Assembly (NCBI GenBank): GCA_964304625.1
Contig: OZ199838.1
Location: 11,247,608 to 11,311,607, forward strand
DNA length: 64,000 nt
Origin: Kudoa neothunni
Lineage: Eukaryota; Animalia; Cnidaria
Direction of reading: 5' to 3'
Of this stretch, positions 13,667-27,334 are shown one piece after another. Numbering within the stretch: position 1 is the first letter of the stretch; each line of letters begins with the position of its first letter. Under the pieces are notes generated by a model. It worked only from the letters and a program-made list of their open reading frames with translations, did not search any database and had not been told where the DNA came from. The position numbers were made by a program, and so were the translations under genes.

Positions 13667-14519
13667 GAAAACGTCCAAAATATTTGTCGAAGTATAAGAA
13701 AATCTATATACGTCACAATGATCTAATTATTGAAATGAATCAAGTTTGAATGATAGATTCGATATGCAATAACAAAAAAGAAAATTACGCGTTTATTGGT
13801 AAAACTGCATTTGAACACTATAGGCCACTTTAATGATGACCCTCCTCCGCATATCAATAATACCCATTATATGGGCAATCGGAAATAATTTTTCTCAAAT
13901 GCACCCCTATTTAATAAGCATTGGTTATGACAGATATTTTTAATCCTGGCAACTCCTGTTTATAGTTGACGTATAATGTTTATTTTTTCCTATCTTTTAT
14001 AATCTCGTGAAGCAAAAACGCCTGACTACAACAAAAATCACACTAAAGTATCCTAGTTACCATAATCTTACGATCCGTGCCAATAACCTCTTTCTATTAA
14101 TTATCTTACTGTTGTATTTGAAGAACTTAGGTAATATGAAAATATTCTCTGAACGTATTTATTCAATCATTATCACTTTTTCAATCGACAGACTTCTTAG
14201 AGGTTTAATGATAAGATTTCTCATGTGGAAATACGAAAAGTTTAAATTTAACGCGTGTGAACTAACGGAACAATATTTAAATATACAGATGACTATTTTT
14301 AGTGTTAACTATTAACATAACCTATGTATTGATGTAGCCCAAAAAATTATACTGATTGAATTCTTGAGCAATTAACAATTAATAGATAAAATTATCTGAA
14401 ATAAATGGCTATGATCATATTTTTATTTACGCAAGACTAGAAAAACACACAGCATTAACCAATAAATAGTTTTATTAATATACCTAAAACATGAATAACG
14501 ATTTTATACAAATATAAGT

Positions 14520-17331
14520 CTAGATGACGCTATCATTGATCTTCGGTATATGTATCTGAGTAACTTGAATCAGAATTTTGCATGGATAAATTGTTGCTCG
14601 AATACGTAGTGAATGTTAGTTGTTAGTACAGCGTGGGAATTACCAAGAGAAGTTCGATAATTCAAAGCTGTTGATGGATCGATTTCGTTACCGTCCCAAT
14701 GGACTTTAAAGTTTTTCACATATTTTGTTTCAAGGGATGATTCTAGAATTGTGTTTGGATGGGCATTGTTATTGTTTCTACCAGGTTGACTTGATTTCCA
14801 TTTGGGTATAGATTGGAGTGCATTAGCTAGTTGGCGATATCCAGACCCTACAGTCGCAATCTTCTGTATATTGGCGATAAAGGGTTCAACCCACAACCGA
14901 CAAATTTGAGGATTCGCCTTAAAAATTTTATTTCGAACTCTGGTCCATTGTTTCTCAGCAAAAAAGTAAAATTTTTTCTTCGTCAAAATCTCTGGTGAAG
15001 GTTCTGGAATTGTTAATCCATTAAAGTGATTGTAAACACAATGATTATCAAGTTCTTCTTTGGTATTGTAATACTAAAGTAAAGATCTTATAGTTGAAAA
15101 GCTTGAAGAGCTTACTTGTGCACAAGATTGAATGGAGCACTTGAAGGGGTGGTAATATGAGATATGAGAATTAAATCGTTCTAGAATACACCCGCATCAA
15201 ATCGACGTCAACACAAATCAAACAATCCAATTACCAGTTTTTTGGAAGAATTTATTACATACATTGCATTTCAATGTGGCTTCTTCAGTACAACTTCGAT
15301 CTAAAACATAACGACAATCGATAACCAAGATGCCCAATTAGTCACAGCTAACAATTTACCCAATGGGTCCGGTCTTCTCAAACCACCATACTTTTTCCAA
15401 TGTATCCAACATTCTGGACACATGTAATACTTGATTGATTTACTCACAGTAATACCACTGGGCAACCATGGATACCAATGATTGCATTTTTCAGCTAAAC
15501 AATCATCAGATCATATTGAGTTGATTTCTATTAAATCCACTGTACTTTTACAACTGACACAATAAGTGTGATGTGTATTTCTTGTGGATTCCTGAGAAAT
15601 TGCTAGTAATTTTTCATGGGGAACAGTGTAAAGAAGGTTTAGATTGGGACTAGAAATGAACATAAGAATTAAGTAGGGTTTATTTGGAAATCAAGGGACA
15701 GAAACTAGGATGATGACATACCTACTACGAGCATACAAACTAATTATTTTTGCTTCTTGTTTTAATTTCTAGAGAAATACGTTCAGTTTACGTATGTATA
15801 AAGTAATTTGCTAAATACCATTCTATCATAACCAACGGTAGTTTTCCAGAGATAATAAAACTCAACAAGATCAAGAACTGATTTCCAAGGGAGCTATTAA
15901 TAAACTAAGCTTTATTGAATGGTATCTAGGAATAAATTACATGCTTCTTTTGCAGCGCGGTAAAATCTTTATGGCATGCCATGACATTTTTTTGGAAAAT
16001 ATCAATATCGGCTGGAAAACCACACTTAATTTATAAGAAGTTCAACCCATATTAAAAATTACCGTCAATCCAAAAATCTAAGCAATCTTGTGCGATTGTA
16101 TGATCCCCCGATTCGACGCTAGCGACTAGTTTTTTAACACTTTCCCCAACATTGTAATTGTTTGCGTGCAGATAATTTAACGCGTATTCCTAGTGAGCAC
16201 GCGAGCTAGATCAATGCATAATCTCACAAAAACTCACAATGGTGGAATCCCTTGAAGAAATAGCTGCTACTTGACGAATATCGCCGTATTTACAGGAGTA
16301 GGTTGGATCGACCAACCTGCCAATAATGCAAATAGATCTATTGATGATTAATGATTCAGTGGAGATATTATGAAAATAACCGCCATTAAATACCTCAATA
16401 ATTTATAGTATTTTTTAAAACTATTCTCGTTTGTGTGTGCATTAAATAGTCTAGGATCCCACATTAACGTACCAGTGTTGATGTGGTTGGAATTCTTCAC
16501 ATCTATAATAAACAAGGGGTGACGGTCAAATGAATAATTTTAAAAGTAGTGCAATACAGTTTTTATCGATCGAAGGAATAATGGCCTGATACATAGATCC
16601 AACATTGATTTCGTTACCTTCGACACTAACGCTACGAGCGTCTGGTTCGAAAACTGTTGAAAAATAAAAAATATCCTACAAAATCGTAAGATTATCTTAA
16701 TGGATTTTTGAAAATGGTACTGGTTTTTTGAGATAGGTAAATGCATTCTCTAAAGGACAATAACGACTCATATGACATTTTCCGCTATTTTTGTATAACA
16801 TAATAGACGATTGTTTGTGGGACCGAATATTTAAACTAACCGCAACATAGATGGAGATATCTTTCGATCTGACATATCGTCATCACCACGACAGGTTATC
16901 AATTCTCTCAAACGCACATTATGGATATCCTCTCTGGTGTAGGGACCCTGAGGATGATTCCATTCGTACGAATGCTCGTTACCAGGAAGAAAAGCTATGA
17001 AAAATCATTTATTGTTGTTTACACATCCGTTACACAAACGTCAACTAGAATACATCTGATTACCTGTGTGACGATCTACACGTTGTAAATTGGATTGAGT
17101 CAGATCACGCCTCCTGTAATACCCAGACACCCTCAAATCCAATTTTCCTTTCTCCTCCGATATACTGATTATTTTGCCTATGCTGTAAGGTTGATATGGA
17201 CTTTCATCAATATAAACCAAATCTAATCAGTTGTATTAGTGTGAAATCCACACAAACAAATCATATGATCTACCTCCAACCTGATAGCTGGTCTTATCTT
17301 TTAAACTGATCGATTGAGTACGCTGCGCCAT
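14520..17331 (-). CDS. MTA: Metastasis-associated protein (NuRD subunit; BAH-ELM2-SANT-GATA), multi-exon
   Basis: N-terminal SYQVG..VYIDESPYQPYSIGKI (BAH), EINVGSMYQAIIP (ELM2), PWKSVLDLVEFYYLWKTT (SANT) and CPECWIHWKKYGGL (MTA-type zinc finger). The 3' end is uncertain (14520 vs 14570). Confidence 0.85.
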
Positions 17332-17911
17332 TTTAGGGATTGGTTATTGCTCAACTTCGCTAGATCAGAGCCTTAATTATTAATCCTCGCAATCCGATTG
17401 TTAACGAACATGGAAAAATACTGCCGCCACATACGTTGTATTTTTTGTCTTTCTATGAAATTAAATTTTTTAATATTAGTTTAATAGTTAATTTTTAATG
17501 AAGATAAGACTTATAGGTTATTTTGAAAGTTTGGAGATCAGTACGTTACTTGACTAATATACAACATTCAACTTCTCTCCAGTTTCTAATGAATTGAATT
17601 GATACGTTAAACTTTTGGATTTATATTTTTTTAAAATTCCTTAAAACGGCTTCTAATAAATATGCGCATAATAGAATGATATGGGGGATTCCATGTTATG
17701 CACAAGTATAACCGAACCTCGGTATCGCTTAGTTATTCATGATTGAGATTAACAACGTATTACATAGTACACAATATTGGAAGGCGCGTATGCGCAAACG
17801 AAAAGTTAGAAATTTTTAAAGTGATTTCGAACTCTTTTTTTTCTTTATAAAATTTTAATGATATACTTTGTAACATGTGGATTATAGGGACTGTAATTCA
17901 TCAATCGGCAT

Positions 17912-19490
17912 GAGGAAAATTCGTCTGAGACGAATTTTTGCTGCGCACGCGCGACTTCATAAAAATCTTAAACAATGGGCGGCAACGAGAAAAAAATACT
18001 ATGTTAAAAACAAAAAGAAATAACGATTTGTTGTTGTTTGAAGATTATTTTTACACGAAGGATTATTCTACAAATATATATCAATATTGGAAGTGTCAAA
18101 ATAGGATGTGTCGCGGGAGATTAAGAACTGATTCTTCGGAAATTCGGAATATTGAAAAAATTAACTTTCATAATCATAATATATCAGACGATAAAAAAAT
18201 ACGACATTTTTCCATGACAAAATACGAAAATTGGCTGAGAGTACATCTTACTGCACAAGTAAAGTATATAGTATTGCTTCTAATAGTCAAAATATCCAAA
18301 CCATACAGAAAAGGAGAAATATTCAAATAACTCCTAAAACAAACCTTTTTGGTTCCCTAACGACATTACGCAACGATTATTTTATGCATTTACGATACAG
18401 GATCTTCTGACGCAAATAGATTAATTATTTTCGGAACAAACAATAATTTGGCCCATCTGAAAAAATCTCATTGTTGGATTGCTGATGGAACCTTTCAAGT
18501 TTCACCAAGAGAATTTTACCAACTTTACACCATTCATGGTAAAATTTTTGAAAGAGTTTTTCCTCTAATATATGTTTTGATGCCCAATAAATATGAGCAA
18601 ACATATGGAAAGGTCCTTCAAATGATCAAAAATCAAAAATTAATGGAATTCCCCGAAAATATAGTACTCGGCTTTGAGGTTGGTCCCTTTAATGCTTTTA
18701 AAAAAGCATCAAAATCCAATATATATTTTTGCTTGTTCCATTTCGGGCAATGCGTATTCGAAAAATACAGAACTTGGGATTATCAAAAGAATGTCAAAAT
18801 AATGCTGATTTTATGCTTTTTATAAAATACTTTACATCTTTGGCACTCGTTCCATTAAATAATGTTAAAGATGAATTTGAGAAATTGAAAAAAAACATCA
18901 TAAATAGCACAGAATACCCATTAGAATGTTGGAACACATATTCAAGAACAATAGAAAGTATCCAGCTTACATCCAATTCAGCTGAAAATTTCAACCGACA
19001 TTTCCGTTCTCGTTTCGAGCAGCCAAATCCTAGTCTTGTGACATTCACAGAGAAATTAAAAGAATATCAAAGTTCCTTCGAGAAAGATATAATGTACCAG
19101 ATGTGTAATCCTATTTCCCAATCCTCAAATAAGAAGACTCGATTAAAATTAGAAAATTTAAGATGTATCTGCCAAAAATATGGTCAGTATTATGGTCCAT
19201 TTTACTTAGAAGCGATCTCAAAAATTTATAATTGGAAGTTGGGTTAATATTGTTAGTTTTAATTTCATTATAGAAATTATTATTTGGTCAGTGATCATGG
19301 ATTTTTGATGATATTTGTGTCATCAATCACATGCGCGATCGAGAGCGGAGCGGTATGGCATCACCGACTTTTAATGCAAATCACCCAGGTTCGAATCACG
19401 GTTCGGATCCTGTGTTACATTATTTTTTCACGTCTCACGAATAAAAATACATGCTTAGATTTTGACACGAAGAACGGACGAAATTTCCCC
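17912..19490 (+). mobile_element. Mutator-like (MULE) element with frameshifted transposase
   Basis: FLYWCH-like YWKCQNRMCRGRL..HNH; MULE motifs WIADGTF, QLYTIHG, CLFHFGQ, TSNSAENFN across ORFs 17938-19247. Imperfect ends GAGGAAAATTCGTC and GACGAAATTTCCCC. No clear TSD. Confidence 0.85.
19337..19409 (+). pseudogene. tRNA-Lys(TTT)-like pseudogene / SINE head
   Basis: GATCGA..TCGGATC acceptor-like ends, A-box-like AGCGGAGCGG, anticodon loop CTTTTAA, B-box GGTTCGAATC; stems are degenerate. Confidence 0.55.
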
Positions 19491-20239
19491 AATGTATAAT
19501 AAAGGTTTGAACCACGAATTAAATCAATCTTACGTAAAATGTATTAAGGAAAAACTAAGGAACATATACATATATTCATTAATTTTGTACATAGCCGTTA
19601 AATTTTTGAGGTATATCGAAATGATGACTCTGGAAACCGTATGTTAGGAATAAATCAATACTTAAGAAATTAATAAGAAATTGTTTACGATATTTATATT
19701 ACGAAACTGTATTATTAATAATTTTTCTCATTTCAAAGTATATATCACATCTGAATCGACTTTGTTAGTTCTGGAGCATACATACTTATATCACAGTTTA
19801 TAAGAATCTTGAACGTAACGAAAAAGCCTATGTTCTATGATAGGTGGTAAGGTTTAGTGCATTATTTTCCACCTGTAAAATATAGAAAAATTTTGGTGTG
19901 CGTGGAAAATTTTGAGCATTGATGTGACATGGATAATAATGAGATAATTGAGCGGTGTGGCGCACTTTGAAATCAATATTTCGATTATTGATATCTTTTA
20001 TTGTTAAGTAACGATGAATATCATAAAACAATATCAAAAGTAATGGCTTATTATACAAAATTGATTAAGTTGGGTTTTTATTAACAATTTCTATTGAGTA
20101 TGGCCCTTTAATGATCCTATATTTATTGAACTCACTTAAGATGCACTTATTCGTAAATAAACTAGCGGCAAAATTTGTTTTAAAGGATGAAAATGACGTT
20201 TTTCATACTACTAATAAGTTCCGGGGTTTTAGTCATGCA

Positions 20240-22128
20240 CAGAGCGTCCAATGAGTCTATAGGAAAAACCCCAAGATCCCAAAGAAAACACAATAATAAT
20301 ATTAAAATAACAAAATATTTTATTTCATAAGCGTTTTGTAATTATTATCATCATTCGAATCGTCTTCATCATCTTCGTAGCCCTCATTTAACAAGTTTGA
20401 TCGATTTTTCAGGCGTTCAATATATCATTGGCTCACAGTACCGCTGTTCACATCGTGTATTAATTTATCTGTTGGATGCCACATCAAACATGTATTATTA
20501 TATCTTCTGATCAACTGCTTTGCGAGAAGTTTACATTTTACAGTTTCAGCCTTTAATGAGTTAGCTCGTTTAGTTTTTACTGCGTTCATTAGTGAAAAAA
20601 TTCGTTCAACATTTTCGAAGGAATGATGTCTTATGGTGTTAGAAGTTGCTCTGCGACCAAACGGTAACTCCGTCATTGATGGTCAAGTTCATTTAAATTA
20701 TCTTCATTTACGAGCTGCAGGAGATGGACAGTGGGTAAACGTTTACATTTTCAGCTATTTTTGGATCTAATATAGCGAACTGTGCAAATGGGGTTACTTT
20801 CAATCATGTCAAACATTTTTCTTATCTGGTCATATAATTCAACCAAAAATCTAGGGCAAAAATTTTTGAATTTTACTTCCATTTCGAGCCTGAGAGGATT
20901 ATTCAATATATATAGGTGGATACTTTTCCTCCAATATAAATTTCGTTAATTGGTTTGTAGTAATTGAAATTGGTCAGGTCGATGTCTTCTAGTTTCACTC
21001 AGTTGAGTATTTCTCTTTTAATGAAAAGGCCCAATAAATTCTTATATTCGATTGATACCAATTTAAATAAAACATGTAGTCGAAATTCTTCAGATTGAAA
21101 TTCTTAATTCAGTACATTGACTTTTTTTAACACATACTCTAGAAAAGGCAACATTGGTTTTGTGGTCGAAATGTTAAGGATTTAGTATAGTTCACTTTCT
21201 CCATCGATTTTATCAATTTTATGCTCATTTTGTAAATATAACTGGGAAGAAGAATACTGATTTAATACAGTTGCAATAACATTCTCCCGACATAACCATC
21301 TAATCTGTGACAATTTCGATATTTTATGGCAAGAAAAATGGATAGTCTCTTGAATATTAGTCAAGTCTCGTGATCTCTTGCTACTTTGTGAGAAATAATA
21401 TGTTATATCTTATAAAAATACCTTTAAATAAGGTGGCAAAAGCTTTGCTGCATGGTTAGCACATAGTGCGATTGAATGGCAGAAACATCCAATACTAAAA
21501 ACTGATGGTACGTCATCTTTTAAGAATTTTAGAAATTCGTTCTTTTGTCCAATAATTGAAGAACAATTATCGCTTCCAAATCCAATGATATTTTTAATAG
21601 GTATATGTTTGGTTGCTGATAATTGCTTCACAGAATTGTATAGATTATGACCCGTCCCACCTTCTACAATCACACAGTCTAATAATGCAACAACAACATT
21701 ATGTCTCTGGTTGTCAAAGTATCGGACCACGATTGCCAAAACTTGTGTTATGGAAATATCAGTACTTTCATCAGTTATTACAGAAACGTTATGATATTTG
21801 CATATCTCAGAGATGAAGCTATTTTCTTCGAAGGCTAAACCATCCTGAACAATACATGATAGCTTGGTTTTTTTCAACGATAAAATTTTAGAAATCTTAC
21901 TATCGAAGAATGCGATCTTGCACATAGGGAGGAAATGATCCATGCAGTTCGAGGGAATATTGTTCGACAAAGTAGGCGGCGATTGCAAGTTCATTTTTGG
22001 TTATTTGATTATCTGGCATTGATGCTTTATTAGATTTTATGAAGTGAGTTATATCTACACTGGATTTCGCAGTTTGCAAATTTGTTATGTGCTTAGTTGT
22101 GTTTTGGTGCTTGAAGAGCATTGATTTA
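20240..22128 (-). mobile_element. hAT transposase pseudogene, interrupted by a Tigger insertion
   Basis: Motifs SVITDESTDIS, FGSDNCS, CFCHSIALC, IRWL and VERIFSLMNAVKTKRANSL (dimerisation domain) in broken ORFs; hAT-like end CAGAGCGTCCAA at 20240. Confidence 0.85.
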
Positions 22129-23988
22129 CAGTAGGGCCTCGATATAGCGTAATTAAAGAGTTTTCGTTGTTTTCTACCTTAAAAAGTTTCAAAAAGTATT
22201 CCAATCAATAGGTAACATTTTTAAAAGCGCGATTATTAATTTTTGGTTCAATCGAATTCAAAATTACCAAAATCGATGGCCTCGCTATAACGTGTCGTTT
22301 TTGAAAAAATAATCCAATTAATCCTATATTTGACCCCAACAAAATAACGGTAGGACGATCTCAGAGAAGCTTAGAAGAAAAAATTCAAATAATTCAATAT
22401 TAAGGTTTGATTAAAACAATATCTGGGAAAAATGGCGACAATGAAGCATTTTAACCTTTCAAATGATGACTAGATTTTAGCTTTCGATAAATCAGGATAG
22501 GAAATTCCTCTCTCGATAGAATATTATCAAAAAAGATGAATTTATTAGTTCAAACGTTTCAATTGACCGAATACGAGTTTTACGACGAAAATACACTCAG
22601 ATTGAAAGTGAGTTGTATAATTGGATGGTTGGCATGCTAGAAAAAAAACATCTCAAAATGTATAATTAAAGAAAAGGCGATGCTTATAGCAAATGATCTT
22701 CAAGTCAAAGATTTTCATTACAGTAATGAGTGGTTTTGTAACTTCAAAAATGGTTCTGTTTGAAAAGTCAAAAGCTTCACGGCGAGGCAGGTAGTGCGAA
22801 TGTGATGTCAGCTAATGGATGGATTGGACAATATTCTGATATAATAAGTAATTACAATCATGAAAATATATTTAATCTTGACGAACTCGCTCTTTTTTAC
22901 GAAAAACTTTTCGCACGTACTTATACAACAAAAGACGAAATCGAAGTGAGGGGTTGTAAACGATAAAAAAAAGAGTGACCATGTTGGTAACTGCATGCTT
23001 GATTGGAGAAAAACTTCCGCTTTATGTTATTGGTAAGTTTCAAAAACCACGTTGTTTTAAAGGGGTGAATGATTTCCCTTGCAAATATTTCTTTCAAAAA
23101 AATGGTTGGATGTCAGCAGCTATTTTCTACGAGGTATTAAAAGATTTGGACAATAAATTTTTTCGAGAAAGTAGAAACGTTCTTATTTGATTAGATCAAT
23201 GCCCTTCTCATCCTCAATCAATTAATTCATGTACAAACATCAAATTATTTTTTCTCCCTAAAAATACCACCAGCATCGTGCAAACAATGGATCTCGGTGT
23301 TATTAATAGTCTTAAGGCAAACTATAGAAAAATATTGGGCCAAAATCTTATATTTGACAACAATGCTACAAATATTCCGAAATACACCATATTAGATTTC
23401 CTAAATACATTAAACAATGCTCGGGAAACAGTTGATAATTCAGTTATAATAAATTGTTTCAAAAAATCTCCTATTTCGGGTAGTGATATTTTTGTTGATT
23501 TCGAAATATTTAATATACATACAGAAAAATCATTAATTGATGGTATTAATTGTTGCTTATCTGGTTTGGTTTTATTAGATGACCTCGATGGCGTTGGCGC
23601 TATGGAAGAGGCTGAAACTGTTCATAATGATGCATCTGACAGCTCCAACACAAGCAAATTAAATAATTCTATATTTACTGAAGACCCCGATTTTCATTTG
23701 TTAAAAGAAACAATTTCAACGAAACAACTATAAGCCTCGATCAGCACAATTAGAAAGGCCTTTATAGCTGACAAACCTTCAGCTTTGCTCTCTCTCTCTC
23801 TCTAAATCATCCTGTCATGGATCACTTATACGAAATATTTATAAAGCGAGAGAAACAAACTAAAACAGATAGTTATTTCGTCAGAAAATAAAAATATTAT
23901 TTATATTTGGGCATGTACGAGGCGTTGATATAAGGAGAGGTCTCGCTATTGCATTCCCCCAAATCCGCTCTATATCGAGGCCTTACTG
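22129..23988 (+). mobile_element. pogo/Tigger element, full length, with decayed transposase
   Basis: TIRs CAGTAGGGCCTCGATATAG and CTATATCGAGGCCTTACTG; TA on both sides; motifs LHGEAGSA, IFNLDELALFY, GWMSAAIF, LDQCPSH, QTMDLGVI. Confidence 0.92.
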
Positions 23989-25614
23989 TATGCTAATTTT
24001 CAAGGTCTATCGATAAGTTAAAATAGATCTGATAGAATAAATTTTAATTTCAATGAGATAAAAATTACTGATTAGATGCTTTTAAACTTTAATGTAATAG
24101 ACAGCGTGACTTAAAGTTATAAGCAGTTTAAATTAAAAAATCAATACTTCCAAAGATGGTTGGGCTCGGAACCTATTTTAAAGAATAAGTAGGACGCGAT
24201 TGATAAATTGTTGAGAAACACCTACCTGGTTAATCTAAATATAAAAAACTTTAATATTTATCATATTGCTCTATTAAAATTTTTATTTGTAAGCACCAGA
24301 CGAATGTTTATGTTGTAAATGTTTTAAATTTACACTAACGAGATTATTCTATTGTCATATAATTTCAAAAATTTAATATAAAATTTTTTTTAAATGTATT
24401 AGGATTATTTAATGTACGTTCGAGCTATTTATGACTACGGTTTGGTGTTCGCCAAATTATTGCATCTTTGTACAGCCGATAACATGTTCATAATTTGAGA
24501 AAATATTACAAAATTAACGTACACATAAGATTATAATAAATTGTTCATTTATTAAACCATTTAAAAACATTTATTTGACTATTATAAATATAAATAAATT
24601 TTTGTTATATTAATTAATTGTGTTTTTATGGATTCTTTTGTAATGAAGTATGATTCTTAACTTGCCAGGTGAGTTGAGATTTCGTTTTCGATTGGTGGCG
24701 AAATGAAGGGAAAAAATAAAAATTGAGTTAGGATTTTAAAAGAGAAATATGAAATAATAAAATATTTCAAAAACGAGCGAAGGTATGAGGAGGAAACAAT
24801 ATTGAAAACGACGCCAATATTAGTGATTTTATAAGTGATGGTATGTATCACAAACATGAAAAATTTCGTAAATTTGACTATGGAGAACAAGAATTTATTC
24901 CGTTCTAAATTGCCGCTCTCAGTTGTCTGATTTAAGACATTACTTGAAATATCAAGTTTGAAAAAGATATAAACATCAAACGGATATTGAATAAGAAGTA
25001 TACTATATAATTGCCAAAAAGCTTAAAAATATTACTATAACGGACTAATTTCTCTCAAATAATTTATCATTATAGCCGATTTATAGAATTTTTTCCTCCA
25101 TAATATCGCGCGCGCTATCATAGAAATTACGAACTGTCCGTCACCCACTGTAACAAGATTTCGTCAAAATGCGAAATTTTTAAAAATAATTTAAATAATA
25201 ATTAAGAAAAAATATGTTTTAAAATTGAGGCGTAGATTTATTATTATTGTCGAATAGATTGTTTGTATGGAGAGTAAACGCAGGAAGGAAAAAACTTATA
25301 CAATATTAATGTTAAAAATTCGCTTCACATAAGTAAAATTAATTTTATTTAAGAATTAGAAGGGATTGGTAGGTATATATTCATAAATGACGTGACATTG
25401 ATTTAGGCAGGAAGTAATGAACCAAAATAAACTGTCGATAAAGAAACAGAATTATGCAATCATTTGATATTGGTAAACATTACTAAATAAAGGTAGTGCC
25501 AAAATCACCAAAGATATACGCGCGAAAAAAACTTTTAATAATGAAAAATATTGTTTAAAATCAAATAAGCAGACTAATAATTAAATATTTTTGCTAATAA
25601 CGTGCTTCAATCAG

Positions 25615-27334
25615 CTAAAGTTCATCGAAAACATCATCTGATTCTGGTTTTACATTGAGTTTTTCGTAGAGGATATCTTTTGATGACTTACTTTTATTTT
25701 TCTTGTTATTCTTTTTTGATTTAGAGTATTTCTTCTTTTCACCACGTTTATTATCTCTTTTGGTTTTTTTGTTGCTCTTCTCTTTTTTCTCCGTTTTGAG
25801 CGAGTGTTTATCCTTCTTGCCAACTTTTTCTTTTTTATCTTTTTTCGATATCTCATCATGTTTGAGGGACTTCTCCTTATTGCTTTCCTGTTTAGAACTG
25901 GCGACGGATTTGGCATTTTCATCCTCTTCGTACTTGACAAATCTGTATTTTGAACGTTTGGAATGGATTTCTATCAGTTAAATTTAATAAATGAAAAAAA
26001 TACCAGAATTAAAAAGGAATACTATCGCAAGATCTGTTTCCTACAGTGTAACCCATTGCACATGAGTAGCAGTCTTTATTGCTAGGGCCAGTGCAACCGT
26101 TACAGGATCGATCACATTCTACCAATTGGAAAATGGTTCGGTTAAAAAATAAGTAAAAATCATGTCATATACTTCTGCATTCATATTTGGTGTCTAAAGT
26201 GACACAGTATTCATCTTTGGCGCAGTTAACGGCAGTTTGATTAGCACAGAAATCGATTTCTACAGCAACAATAAAAAAGATAACAGAAAAAGTGTGCTAA
26301 CTTTTGCAACCCCTATCACCAGCAGGTTCGTATCCTTTGCTGCATTCGTTATCTATGCAAGCACTTTCGGAGAAAGCTGTACATCCATTCTTGCAAGCAA
26401 TATGACAAGAGTGACATTGTCCCTTTTCTTCTTTGAAGTGATTTGGCGCGCAAGTTTCACACTTATCTCCCACGTAAGAACTCTGACATTCACAGGTGCC
26501 GTCCCCCGTTCTGGTGTATTCTCCCTATTGGAATTGACAGAAAATTCACAATACAATCAAATCACTTTGCATTCGCCCTTTCCATCACACACGGTGCCAT
26601 CGTCTGAGACAACTTTACAAGTTTCACAATCAGGACCATATTGATTTTTTCTGCAACATACTTAGTGTTTCAACAGATTAAACAAGTAGTAGAAAAATAA
26701 AAGCTCACATTTGAGTTCGTCCACGAATAACTCATTGTAAATGGATTCGGTGGAATTTTTGCTACAAAATTCACCTTAGGACACCGAGTAAAAACACGTC
26801 ACGAGAAATACTGGTTAAGGAACCAATTATACATATCTTTTTCATGTTCTTGATACAATTGATGACAATTGGTCTAAGATATTGGTTAGACAACTTAATC
26901 AGTTGAATGTCTGGATATACAGGATTTGGTATTCTATCACAGGAGCCATCGAAAACATCCATAAATCTTAACTCGCTAAAAACAGTAATAAAGTTGTGAT
27001 ATAGATGCGGATTTACAACTTACCTAACATCATACGACGGGAGATTGTTATTGATCCATTCGGGGTTCCCTCCCTCGTATGATTTGTTTGAAGTTTCACG
27101 GAGTCGCTATTAATATTTTTGAGTTTAAAGAAGAAACAGCAAACCGCCTACTTCCATAATATGATCAGATAAATCACGTAGTTTTGTGCATGTTAAAGAT
27201 TCATATCTGACTGCTTTGTTGTCACTGCTGTTGTTAGAGTTCTCACTAGCGATGGTGTTAAATGCACAGAATATGGCGATCAGTGTGAACACATAATGTG
27301 AACATGTACGACGAGTAAAAATTGAACAAATCAT
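25615..27334 (-). CDS. CRELD: CRELD-family ER protein (soluble, CRELD2-like), multi-exon
   Basis: Signal peptide; SYEGGNPEW..ELRFMDVFDGSC (CRELD WE domain); EGF/furin-like repeats YGPDCETC..CDGKGEC..TGDGTCEC and CDRSCNGCTGPSNKDC; ends ..DDVFDEL*. Confidence 0.85.

Noticed and set aside
25650-25981. Lys/Arg-rich and Phe/Leu-rich ORFs in the ORF track
   Set aside because: Alternative frame and antisense of the CRELD last exon, whose frame ends in FDEL.
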